Numbered from the stretch's first letter, positions 7,187-15,436 are shown. The stretch: 20,000 nt of DNA from Candidatus Thorarchaeota archaeon (GCA_018238205.1 JABCTV010000039.1:1-20000), one strand, 5' to 3'. Notes: a model not told the origin generated them from the letters alone. Numbers and translations: made by a program.

Positions 7187-7229
7187 ATCTGGGCTCATTT
7201 CGAGTCCTGAAGACACGGGGTCAATATCT
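7187..7229 (+). other. Putative tRNA-Trp intron 1 at the canonical 37/38 position (43 nt)
   Basis: This sequence separates the anticodon loop from the 3' strand of the anticodon stem. It contains the hairpin GGGCTC-ATTTC-GAGTCC (7191-7207). The boundary is ambiguous by 1 nt because an A flanks both sides. Confidence 0.7.
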
Positions 7230-7240
7230 ACCCGTTGCAC

Positions 7241-7257
7241 GAAGACACTCGTCGATC
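7241..7257 (+). other. Second 17-nt intervening sequence in the variable region of tRNA-Trp (non-canonical intron or unusually long variable arm; exact boundaries ambiguous)
   Basis: There are 22 nt (TGCACGAAGACACTCGTCGATC) between the anticodon stem and the T-stem, where a class I tRNA has 4-5 nt. A small ACGA/TCGT stem is possible. Confidence 0.4.
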
Positions 7258-7294
7258 GGGAGTTCAAATCTCCCCGTCCCCACCACATTCTCTC

Positions 7295-7301
7295 TATTTT
7301 T
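7295..7301 (+). terminator. Oligo-T tract downstream of tRNA-Trp
   Basis: TATTTTT lies 10 nt after the CCA end. Confidence 0.5.
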
Positions 7302-7355
7302 GAAAAGACTTATTTCACGAGTATGGGTTGATTCTGTAATTCGAGGGAGAAGTAT

Positions 7356-9458
7356 ATGGGAGATGAATATCCAGTTACGCGAAGAGAGAATATTGTAGAA
7401 GAGATACACGGGATTACTATAGAAGATCCATATCGTTGGCTTGAGGATGCATCCTCGAGTGAGGTGCTCGAGTGGGTTGATGAACAAAATAAATTGACAG
7501 TTTCAATCCTTGATGAATATTCTGGAAAAGAAATTGTCAAGAAGAGAATGCATGACTTATTCCTATATGATTACATTCAGGCTGCTCCATTTGAGGTTGT
7601 AATGACTAAGAATGGTCCCAGATTCTTCTATTTCTTTAGAGCTGCAGGTAAGAATCAACCATCACTTTGTTATCAAGATGGAAACAATGGACAGAGAGTA
7701 GTGCTTTTTGATCCACTTGAAGCTTCTAAAGATGCACTCGTCGCGATTGACTGGTTTAAAGCAAGTAGTGATGGTAGCTTGATTGCATATGGATCATCAG
7801 AGGGAGGCACAGAACAAAGTGTTCTTTATGTCATGGATGTTGAAAAGAAGAAGCTTCTTGCAGAAAAAATTCCTCAGACTAAATGGTGCAGTATAGTCTG
7901 GGTAAAGAACATAGGTTTCTACTACAGTAGATACCCTTTGCCAGACACAGTATCATCTGAAGATGAGAACTACTATCATCATGTCTACTATCATAAGCTA
8001 GGAGATGATTACAAAAAGGACGTGAAAGTGTTTGGTGAGGGGAGGCTGAAGACCGAACATCCACTACTCTCAATTAACGAGGATAGTACAGTGATAGCAG
8101 TCTGCAGCTATCGATTCATCAGCTCGGATATTCATATTGCTCATGTGAACCCTGAGGAACCAAGCTCGTTGAATTTTGTACCTGTCATTGAGAATGATAC
8201 AGTTTCAAGCATACCTACGATATTTGATAATCAACTATTCGTTCTCACACAAATCGATGCACCAAATGGTCAAATTCTACAATATGATCTATCGAACTTC
8301 TCTGAAAATGAAAAAATACCTGAAAGTAAAACCGCGGTTAAAGAAACCGATGGTGTGATCTTCAACTCAAACTACGAATACAGGTTTGCTATTCTCAACG
8401 AGCACATTGCTGTTATAGAAGACAAGAACGCTTCTAGCTCCTTGAAAATCTATGATACGAAATCCAGTGAACTTGTGGAGGATATTAATTTTGACTCTCA
8501 CATGACGCTTTATCAAATACTAGCTGCACCGGGTATGGATACTTTCTACTATAGTCGTGGAAGCTTCTTCTATCCTGCGTCACACTATTCTTACAAAGAT
8601 GGCGAGTCCCAACCTCTGTATACACCCGACCTTGGTATCGACCCTAATATGTTCCAGTCGAAACTAGTCTGGTATAAGTCAAAGGATGGCACGAAGGTTT
8701 CAATGTTCGTCCTATCGAAAAAAGGTATGGAAATTTCCGAGAAAACTCCAGTCACACTTACAGGTTATGGTGGATTTGGCATATCTATGACTCCAGACTT
8801 CTCTCAAAATTACGTTACTTGGATTGAACAAGGAGGTATAGTAGCAATTGCACATCTTAGGGGAGGTGGAGAGTATGGACAGAAGTGGCATCGTGCTGGA
8901 AACCGTGAGAACAAACAGAACGTCTTTGATGATTTTATTGCTGCAGCTGAATGGCTTATCAAGAATAAGATTGGCAGCAGTGAAACTATTGCCATCTATG
9001 GTGGAAGTAATGGGGGTCTCTTAGTAGGAGCAGCACTGGTCCAGAGGCCGGACCTCTTTGGAGCAGTTTCTTGTCATGTACCCTTACTTGATATGATTAG
9101 GTACACCAACTTCCAAGTAGCAAAGACTTGGTCCCCTGAATATGGAAACCCTGAAGTCAAGGCAGAGTTTGAGTGGATATATCCTTACAGTCCTTATCAT
9201 CATATCAAGGATGTAAAGTATCCCCCAACCCTCCTACATACTGCCTTGGGTGATACAAGGGTCGACTCGATGCATGCATTCAAAATGGCTGCAAAGCTGC
9301 AAAATACTTTGGATTCAGTAACAGAAGATATACCCCTCATATTATACACAGAAAGTCTGGCTGGCCATGGAACTGGTAAACCACTCGAAAAAACCGTTGA
9401 TTTATGGGCGATATCGTTTATCTTTTGTGCACATCATACAGGATTAAAGATTAAGTGA
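7356..9458 (+). CDS. Prolyl oligopeptidase (prolyl endopeptidase, peptidase family S9A)
   Basis: 700 aa. It has the N-terminal signature DPYRWLED, a beta-propeller-sized middle region, and a C-terminal catalytic domain. The catalytic residues are Ser in GGSNGGLL, Asp in GDTRVD and His in AGHGTGKP. Confidence 0.92.
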   Translation: MGDEYPVTRRENIVEEIHGITIEDPYRWLEDASSSEVLEWVDEQNKLTVSILDEYSGKEIVKKRMHDLFLYDYIQAAPFEVVMTKNGPRFFYFFRAAGKNQPSLCYQDGNNGQRVVLFDPLEASKDALVAIDWFKASSDGSLIAYGSSEGGTEQSVLYVMDVEKKKLLAEKIPQTKWCSIVWVKNIGFYYSRYPLPDTVSSEDENYYHHVYYHKLGDDYKKDVKVFGEGRLKTEHPLLSINEDSTVIAVCSYRFISSDIHIAHVNPEEPSSLNFVPVIENDTVSSIPTIFDNQLFVLTQIDAPNGQILQYDLSNFSENEKIPESKTAVKETDGVIFNSNYEYRFAILNEHIAVIEDKNASSSLKIYDTKSSELVEDINFDSHMTLYQILAAPGMDTFYYSRGSFFYPASHYSYKDGESQPLYTPDLGIDPNMFQSKLVWYKSKDGTKVSMFVLSKKGMEISEKTPVTLTGYGGFGISMTPDFSQNYVTWIEQGGIVAIAHLRGGGEYGQKWHRAGNRENKQNVFDDFIAAAEWLIKNKIGSSETIAIYGGSNGGLLVGAALVQRPDLFGAVSCHVPLLDMIRYTNFQVAKTWSPEYGNPEVKAEFEWIYPYSPYHHIKDVKYPPTLLHTALGDTRVDSMHAFKMAAKLQNTLDSVTEDIPLILYTESLAGHGTGKPLEKTVDLWAISFIFCAHHTGLKIK

Positions 9459-9469
9459 GACATAATCGT

Positions 9470-10147
9470 ATGACCAAACTTCATGGAATCGCAGGGATTG
9501 ATGAGGCAGGTCGAGGACCGATGATTGGTCCGATGGTGATTTGTGGAATTCTAGTTGATTCAGATAGACTTCATGAACTAGTTGAGATTGGAGCTAAAGA
9601 CTCCAAGATACTCACCCATAAACGTCGATTGATACTGAAAGAGAAGATAGAGAAAGTTGCCGCAAAGATTGAGATTCGAACTGTTTCTGCAGCTGATATT
9701 GACCGCTTAAGGAAACGAACTACCCTGAATGAGATTGAGGTTGAGGAGTTTGCATCTATAGCTAAGGTCCTGAATCCTAAGGAGATTTATCTTGATGCCG
9801 CAGATGTGATTGCTGAGCGTTTTGGCACAAAGATTGGTGAGCTCAGTGGAATTGCAGCAAAGGGTGCAATAATCGTTTCAGAACATAAGGCAGACTCGAA
9901 GTATCCCATTGTATCCGCAGCTTCAATCATTGCGAAAGTAGAGCGTGACTATGCGATTGAAAACTTTCACAAGAAGTATGGTGATTTTGGATCTGGCTAT
10001 CCCAATGATCCAAAAACTGTGAAGTTTGTGAGAAATCTGATTAGAAATGGAGAGAAACTACCTCCTATCATCCGAAAAAGTTGGAAGTCAGTTACTAGAA
10101 TGATTGATGAAGAATCAACAGACCAGACAAAATTAGACTCGTTCTAG
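9470..10147 (+). CDS. rnhB: Ribonuclease HII
   Basis: It carries GIDEAGRGPMIGPMV, plus YLDAADV and KADSKYPIVSAASIIAK, which together give the DEDD residues. I prefer the ATG at 9470. The ORF track extends to an in-frame GTG at 9455 that overlaps the upstream stop (GTGA). Confidence 0.9.
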   Translation: MTKLHGIAGIDEAGRGPMIGPMVICGILVDSDRLHELVEIGAKDSKILTHKRRLILKEKIEKVAAKIEIRTVSAADIDRLRKRTTLNEIEVEEFASIAKVLNPKEIYLDAADVIAERFGTKIGELSGIAAKGAIIVSEHKADSKYPIVSAASIIAKVERDYAIENFHKKYGDFGSGYPNDPKTVKFVRNLIRNGEKLPPIIRKSWKSVTRMIDEESTDQTKLDSF

Positions 10148-10148
10148 A

Positions 10149-11102
10149 CTAATCTCCAGACCTTTCTTCAATGATTTTCTTGAGTTCTCGAGGTTTGTCA
10201 ATATCATCTAATTCAAGCTGTCTGATGACCGGAAGATCCACTACATTTTCCTCACTTTGTCCTTCCTCTACGATAATCACAGCATCTGCCTCTGTAACCT
10301 TTGACACACTCTTGAGAATCTCTATGCGTTTTTTAAGGCTCCAACTCTTGATTGACCCTACTCCTGAGATTAATGGTGTATCGTCTTCTTTTGCCGCTAC
10401 ATGGAACGGTGCACGGTCAGTCCAAAGGACCTTCATCCCTAATCGAGCAAAGAACTCATTTACACGTACTTCCAGAACATCTGTTGGAGTTCCATGCTGC
10501 ATTGTTGGAATCTCTGCACGTTCTTGGAGAAGATCAATTGGTATCATCAAATCTGTTTCAAGAACTTTCTCAAGTCGTTCAGCAATGTCTATACTGACAT
10601 CCATCTCATCCTTTTCATAAGCTAGAACAGCTCTTGCTGATACTTGGATACAGTCTGCGAGGTTTCCTGTTGACATCTGTTGTTCCAATCTTGCCTCTCG
10701 TAGTTTGGCTCCACTGATAGCTACTAGTCTACCGCCTCTCTGTGCAAATTCTCTTGGCATTCTCTTTTCAACAATCATGCTTTGAAAACTACGAGGTGCG
10801 ATAGTAGACACTCCATGTCGCTTGTAGACAACCCCTGAATCAAGTTTACCTTTTCTCGTTTTATGACCAACAATCAATGGTGTTGCGTTAAAGAAATGAG
10901 CTACAAGTTGAAGGGCGTTTGCATCTTCCTTGGTCAAAGCATCAATATTCGATAATACTTTGACCATGAGAAGCTGTTCACCTTTTCGAGCGACTAGATC
11001 AAAACAGCTTGGTCTTACATCACATTGCGAAGATAGACTAAACCCAGCCTCATCTAGTTGAGAATTGAGTTCCTGTGTTAGCTGGGTTCTTGCTTTTGTC
11101 AA
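10149..11102 (-). CDS. Putative HTH-type transcriptional regulatory protein (archaeal COG1395 / MJ1164-like, central cro/C1-type HTH)
   Basis: 317 aa. The N-terminal domain carries RPSCFDLVARKGE. The central XRE-type HTH reads AKLREARLEQQMSTGNLADCIQVSARAVLAYEKDE. The size and layout are typical of this conserved archaeal family. A TTG start is required by the length of the N-terminal alignment. Confidence 0.7.
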   Translation of the reverse strand: MTKARTQLTQELNSQLDEAGFSLSSQCDVRPSCFDLVARKGEQLLMVKVLSNIDALTKEDANALQLVAHFFNATPLIVGHKTRKGKLDSGVVYKRHGVSTIAPRSFQSMIVEKRMPREFAQRGGRLVAISGAKLREARLEQQMSTGNLADCIQVSARAVLAYEKDEMDVSIDIAERLEKVLETDLMIPIDLLQERAEIPTMQHGTPTDVLEVRVNEFFARLGMKVLWTDRAPFHVAAKEDDTPLISGVGSIKSWSLKKRIEILKSVSKVTEADAVIIVEEGQSEENVVDLPVIRQLELDDIDKPRELKKIIEERSGD

Positions 11103-11169
11103 TCTCTTCGACCATCATTAAATCAGTGTTAAACCCTTTTCAGGATATCTAATAGTGAAATCTTGCAAA

Positions 11170-11640
11170 TTAGCTTTTCAAAGAATCATTTCTCTTTGAA
11201 TCTCTTGAGGTAATGAATACAATTCCAAGACTTGTTGTGGATGGCAACTTCTGTCTGATAATCTGTACTTGCGGTCTTGAAAGCTGCTCAACTGGTTTCC
11301 AAGTAGCTAAATTATCCCATGCTAGGTCATCATATCCTAGGATTTTATGAATCATGAATAATTCAGTCTTGTTCCCAGATACTGAATGAATTCCTGGTCC
11401 GTAATCAAGGCGTCTTAGTAAAACAATAGGAAGTCTAATAGAATTGTGGAATTGCTTTGGAACCTCATTACATAACCACACAAGTTCTTCAGCCTTAAAG
11501 ACTGATTTTTCACCAGAACGGGTCATGAAATGCGGATCATCTTCCTTGAGAAGATGTGCAAGACGGGTTCTCGCGCGTGGTAGGTGGTCATTTAGCGTAT
11601 CAATATCATGTTCAATCAACTTGTCTATTTTGGAGTTCAC
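11170..11640 (-). CDS. UPF0216 (DUF61) family protein
   Basis: 156 aa. The pattern LNDHLPRARTRLAHLLKEDDP...EELVWL...IRLPIVLLRR matches my recollection of archaeal UPF0216 proteins, which I have not verified. Its GTG start overlaps the fibrillarin stop (GTGA). Confidence 0.6.
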   Translation of the reverse strand: MNSKIDKLIEHDIDTLNDHLPRARTRLAHLLKEDDPHFMTRSGEKSVFKAEELVWLCNEVPKQFHNSIRLPIVLLRRLDYGPGIHSVSGNKTELFMIHKILGYDDLAWDNLATWKPVEQLSRPQVQIIRQKLPSTTSLGIVFITSRDSKRNDSLKS

Positions 11641-12335
11641 GTCATATCCTCCGTCACACGACAGACAACGAATCTATGGTCCTTCTCTAAAGGTTCAAGA
11701 TTAATATTCTCAACTATCTCTAGACCTTTATTGTCAAGTTCCGCTATCTCTCTACTATAGACCTCTTCAAGACTTGATGTTGAATCAATACTCCGTGCTT
11801 TAATTGCTAACATTCCCCAGGCACCAAAAGAACAGAAGGTTTTCAGATTCTCATATAGAATGCTGGCTTGATTTGGTTGTGCAACGTCTTGATAGACCAC
11901 TTCTATGGTTCCTGATACCAGTGGAGCATATCGAGTTGGATGTCTAGCATCATCTAAGATGGGAATAATATTGGGTCGAACAGCAGCAAGCTGAACCAAA
12001 TCTCTTACAGTTCGTTGAGAGAACTCGACTGCATAAATTACACCTTTTGGTCCGACGATATCAGAGCAGTGACTTACTGTAGTACCTGATGCTGCTCCTA
12101 GATACAGAACCTTTGATCCAGGTTGGATTGGCATTTCTCTCAATCCTCGTTTGATTGCAGCAGAAAGTTTGGACCTTCTCGGTGACCATAATCTGAATTC
12201 ATCTTCTCCTTCTTTGACCAATTTTTCTCCATAGACACTAGTTCCTGGAACAAGTGACTTGGTGGATATTGATTTCTGCTCTCTGTCAGTTATTGTGTAG
12301 ATTCCAGAGAATTTGTAAGGTTCAACTTTTGTCAA
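11637..12335 (-). CDS. flpA: Fibrillarin-like rRNA/tRNA 2'-O-methyltransferase
   Basis: 232 aa. It has the SAM-binding motif VLYLGAASGTTVSH, the N-terminal sequence KFSGIYTI..LVPGTSVYGEKLV and the C-terminal sequence PLEKDHRFVV. Its TTG start overlaps the nop5 stop (TTGA). Confidence 0.93.
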   Translation of the reverse strand: MTKVEPYKFSGIYTITDREQKSISTKSLVPGTSVYGEKLVKEGEDEFRLWSPRRSKLSAAIKRGLREMPIQPGSKVLYLGAASGTTVSHCSDIVGPKGVIYAVEFSQRTVRDLVQLAAVRPNIIPILDDARHPTRYAPLVSGTIEVVYQDVAQPNQASILYENLKTFCSFGAWGMLAIKARSIDSTSSLEEVYSREIAELDNKGLEIVENINLEPLEKDHRFVVCRVTEDMT

Positions 12336-13597
12336 TATTTTCTACCTCCACCTCGTCTTCTATTGTCCCGCTTGTGGTCTTTCCTTGGTGAGTGATCTCT
12401 CCTTTGTGGTCGTTTCCTTTCCACTGGTTTAGGTGGTTTGGGCGGAGGCGGGTCTGGATTTTGTTTCTTGATTTCTTCTACCCGTTTCAAGAAATCTTCT
12501 CTAAGGGATATTCCAATGTTTCTATCTGAATATGCATCTATTCGAGCTGCAATTGATAATTTTCCTGCTAGCGCTCGGGCAATCTTTCCTCTCTGCCAGT
12601 AAGGTGCAGTATGAATCTCTGATACACGAAAGATGATTCCATGTTTTGGAGGGTCTGCCCCTGTCTTGAGACTCCTGAACAATGCTTTCTCTGCTCCAAA
12701 CACTTGAACAGTACTCGATGGCTTACGAGCAAGTTCTTTCAGAGAACCTGCTAAACTAATCAATCGAGCTCCAACAAGTGACCCAACAAGAGCAGTCATA
12801 TTTGGTGAAATATTCTGCATTACTATCTCAACATAATCTTCGAGTTCTTTTCGTGTATTGTATAGGTCGTCAATGGCAATTGCAAGGGCCTTGATGATGT
12901 TTAGGTCTATATCTCGTAGTTCAGCTCCTATATCTCCCGGAATTGCTTTCAGAATAAGTTCCGTAGAGTCATCAGAAATTCCTGCTGATACTAACAAATC
13001 TCTTGTCATACTCTCTTTATCACTGCATTCTCTGAGTATTCGTGCATACTGGTCTTGATCTTCTACTAGTTTACTTAGTGAGGGATGATGAACTGAATAC
13101 CACTCCCGTAGTCTCATCACAAGAATGTTAATCGATTTGTCAACTTCATCAATGGCATCGATTGCATTCTTTACAAGAAGATCTTTCTCTCCACTTGCAG
13201 CACTCACTTTTGCTTTTGACAGTCTAATGGCTACATCACGTCTGAACGAAGAAATTTCCTCAGAGGTTTTTGTGACCCCAAGTTTTGTGAGATATTCATC
13301 CTGGTTCTCTCTAAACCATTTTGTAATTTTATTCGCACTAATTTTCACAGATAGGTTTCCAACTCGGGAGAGGGCGCGAGCTAGCATCTGCTCCTCTACG
13401 AACACTTCCTTTTCACCCAGTTTCTCAATCTCAGCTGCTATTGCATCAGTTTCAGGAGTTGCTTCACCCTCGCCTATTGCTAATAGATTAGAAACTGCCA
13501 ATCCTACATCTGGAAAGACGACATGCTTTGCTACTACTTCGTTCTTATCATCAAGTACGAAGGTTCCGAAGGCTGATAATGCGAGATAGACTGGCAT
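12332..13597 (-). CDS. nop5: Nop56/58 (Nop5) box C/D RNP core protein with basic Pro/Arg/Gly-rich C-terminal tail
   Basis: It carries the NOP-domain signature GAEKALFRSLKTGADPPKHGIIF and a coiled-coil middle region. The family-typical N-terminus MPVYLALSAFGTFVLDD begins at the ATG at 13597. The ORF track extends 21 codons further to a TTG at 13660, which I consider less likely. Confidence 0.9.
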   Translation of the reverse strand: MPVYLALSAFGTFVLDDKNEVVAKHVVFPDVGLAVSNLLAIGEGEATPETDAIAAEIEKLGEKEVFVEEQMLARALSRVGNLSVKISANKITKWFRENQDEYLTKLGVTKTSEEISSFRRDVAIRLSKAKVSAASGEKDLLVKNAIDAIDEVDKSINILVMRLREWYSVHHPSLSKLVEDQDQYARILRECSDKESMTRDLLVSAGISDDSTELILKAIPGDIGAELRDIDLNIIKALAIAIDDLYNTRKELEDYVEIVMQNISPNMTALVGSLVGARLISLAGSLKELARKPSSTVQVFGAEKALFRSLKTGADPPKHGIIFRVSEIHTAPYWQRGKIARALAGKLSIAARIDAYSDRNIGISLREDFLKRVEEIKKQNPDPPPPKPPKPVERKRPQRRDHSPRKDHKRDNRRRGGGRKY

Positions 13598-13627
13598 AGT
13601 GAATCCGTCCAATGCTAGATTGAATGC

Positions 13628-14581
13628 TTGAGTAACTGTATTGCGAATAAATGTTCCCAACTAGCTTATTACCGAGGAATATCCATCTCAAAACTAGGTG
13701 ATGAAGTGAATATACAGGGATACTGGTTAGCATCAGGAATTCTGGGTGTTACTGCATCAACGATGCTTCGTACATTGAACTCGGGAGCAGACGCAGTTGT
13801 CACTAAATCTATCGGGTCAATTTCACGAAAAGGTCACCATGGTCCTATTCTAGCAACGTCCCATGGAGGTCTCCTGAATGCGATAGGTCTTACCAATCCT
13901 GGAATTGATGCTTTCGAAGAAGAGATGTTGATACTCAGAGATGCCAAAGTTCCAGTGGTCTTGAGTGTGTTTGGTGATAGTCCAGAAGAAATTGCTACTG
14001 TCGCAGAGAAAGGCGCCAAGATGGGACCATCGGCCATCGAACTGAACCTTTCCTGTCCACATGCAGAGATAAGTCAGATCTCACACAGCCCCAAGATCAC
14101 TCACGACTATGTTCGAGCCGTAAAAGATGTAGTCGATCTTCCTGTATTTGCTAAATTGACCCCTAATGCATCAGATTATGTTTCTGTAGGAAAAGCAGCT
14201 CAAGATGCAGGTGCAGATGCTGTTGTTGCGATAAACACAGTACGTGGAATGAAGATAGATATCAATCAGAAGCGCCCAATTCTTGGTAACATCGCAGGAG
14301 GGCTTTCAGGTCCACCAATCTTTCCAATCGCAGTTCGATGTGTCTACGACCTTTACAATGCTCTATCAATTCCAATCATCGGAGTTGGCGGAGTATCAAC
14401 ATGGGAGGATGCAGTAGAAATGCATCTTGCCGGGGCAAGTGCAATACAGATTGGGACTGCAGTGATGGAAGATATCGAGGTGTTCACGAAAATCAAGAAG
14501 GGAGTGAATGCCTATCTCAAAGATAAGGGTCACAAAAGCGTGGATGACATTGTTGGTGATGCAGGAGGAATCAAGTCATGA
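13628..14581 (+). CDS. pyrD: Dihydroorotate dehydrogenase class 1B, catalytic subunit
   Basis: 317 aa. It carries LASGILG, the catalytic Cys in NLSCPH, GGLSGPPI and IIGVGGV. Its TTG start is uncertain. Its stop overlaps the pyrK start (ATGA). Confidence 0.88.
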   Translation: MSNCIANKCSQLAYYRGISISKLGDEVNIQGYWLASGILGVTASTMLRTLNSGADAVVTKSIGSISRKGHHGPILATSHGGLLNAIGLTNPGIDAFEEEMLILRDAKVPVVLSVFGDSPEEIATVAEKGAKMGPSAIELNLSCPHAEISQISHSPKITHDYVRAVKDVVDLPVFAKLTPNASDYVSVGKAAQDAGADAVVAINTVRGMKIDINQKRPILGNIAGGLSGPPIFPIAVRCVYDLYNALSIPIIGVGGVSTWEDAVEMHLAGASAIQIGTAVMEDIEVFTKIKKGVNAYLKDKGHKSVDDIVGDAGGIKS

Positions 14582-15399
14582 AAATGGATGAACTCTTGGG
14601 AAATCCTGTTTCCGTGCAGATATCCAAGGTGATTACTGAAACTCCACGTTCAAAGACACTGCAATTTTCCTTGGATGGTCCGATTGAATCCCAGCCGGGA
14701 CAGTTCGTCATGGTCTGGGTACCCAACGTGGATGAGATTCCCATGAGCATCTCTTCATGGAATCCTCCTGAGATGGGAATCACAGTACAATCAATTGGAG
14801 ATGCCACCCAGGTACTAGTTTCAATGTCCAAGGGTGATTGGATCGGCATCAGAGGACCTTTTGGAAACCCATTCAGTACGAATAGTAAGAAGACACTAGT
14901 AGTTGGGGGAGGTGTTGGAATAGCACCATTGAGACCGCTTGTCTACAATCTTCTGGATGGAGGTTCAGAGGTCACTCTTGTTTTAGCTGCGAAGACTGAG
15001 AATGAGCTAATCTACCTTGAAGAATTTGAAAACCTCAAGCATTCTAATCTCAAAGTAGAGATTGCGACAGATGATGGCTCCTTAGGGCTCAAAGGATTCG
15101 CAACTGATGCGGTATCAATAATACTTGATGGAAATGATTTCGATAGAATGTACACTTGTGGGCCTGAGCTGATGATGGTGGGACTCTATGACCTTGCTAA
15201 GAAGAGAAAAATCGGATTCCAAGCCTCTCTGGAACGATTCATGAAGTGTGGATGCAGTATCTGTGGAACTTGTGCTATGGATCCAACAGGGCAACTTGTC
15301 TGTGCAGATGGTCCAGTTTTCACAGGAGAGCAATTAGCAAAACTTACTGATTTTGGAAAATATCTCCGCGATGCGGTGGGAATGAAGAAAATGTATTGA
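14578..15399 (+). CDS. pyrK: Dihydroorotate dehydrogenase electron-transfer subunit (FAD / 2Fe-2S)
   Basis: 273 aa. It has a ferredoxin-reductase-like fold with GGGVGIAPL. The C-terminal cluster motif is CGCSICGTC...VCADGPVF. Confidence 0.88.
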   Translation: MKMDELLGNPVSVQISKVITETPRSKTLQFSLDGPIESQPGQFVMVWVPNVDEIPMSISSWNPPEMGITVQSIGDATQVLVSMSKGDWIGIRGPFGNPFSTNSKKTLVVGGGVGIAPLRPLVYNLLDGGSEVTLVLAAKTENELIYLEEFENLKHSNLKVEIATDDGSLGLKGFATDAVSIILDGNDFDRMYTCGPELMMVGLYDLAKKRKIGFQASLERFMKCGCSICGTCAMDPTGQLVCADGPVFTGEQLAKLTDFGKYLRDAVGMKKMY

Positions 15400-15436
15400 A
15401 TCTCAATAAGGTCAGCTTATGAGAGCGAAAAACAGA

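Larger units (their letters stand above)
7149..7285 (+). tRNA. tRNA-Trp (anticodon CCA), interrupted, genomically encoded CCA end
   Basis: The acceptor stem is GGGGACG/CGTCCCC with discriminator A73 followed by CCA. The D-arm is GCCU..GGU with G18G19. The anticodon stem is ACGGG(7176-7180)/CCCGT(7231-7235) with loop CUCCAGA. The T-arm is GGGAG-TTCAAAT-CTCCC. The gene is 137 nt against ~77 nt for a mature tRNA, so ~60 nt of intervening sequence is present. Confidence 0.85.

Noticed and set aside
7183-7192. The palindrome CCAGATCTGG spans the anticodon and the 5' splice site.
   Set aside because: The halves are contiguous with no loop, so it cannot fold on itself. It is most likely a coincidence of the anticodon-loop and intron sequence, and it is already noted within the tRNA finding's context.
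7187-7229. A canonical box C/D guide sRNA might sit inside the tRNA-Trp intron, as in Haloferax/Pyrococcus tRNA-Trp.
   Set aside because: The intron is only 43 nt. It has a CUGA but no RUGAUGA C box and no C'/D' pair. I found no 10-12 nt guide complementary to positions 34 or 39 at the correct distance from CUGA. I kept it only as a degenerate K-turn hypothesis in the findings.
7221-7540. Minus-strand ORFs 7221-7487 and 7310-7540 are present.
   Set aside because: They overlap the 3' half of tRNA-Trp and the well-supported start of the prolyl oligopeptidase gene. They are artefacts of AT-rich sequence.
13598-13660. The ORF track gives a 21-codon N-terminal extension of Nop5 (TTG 13660).
   Set aside because: The family-typical N-terminus (MPVYLALSAFGTFVLDD) begins at the ATG at 13597. 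The extension would overlap pyrD head-to-head. It is retained only as an ambiguity in the findings.
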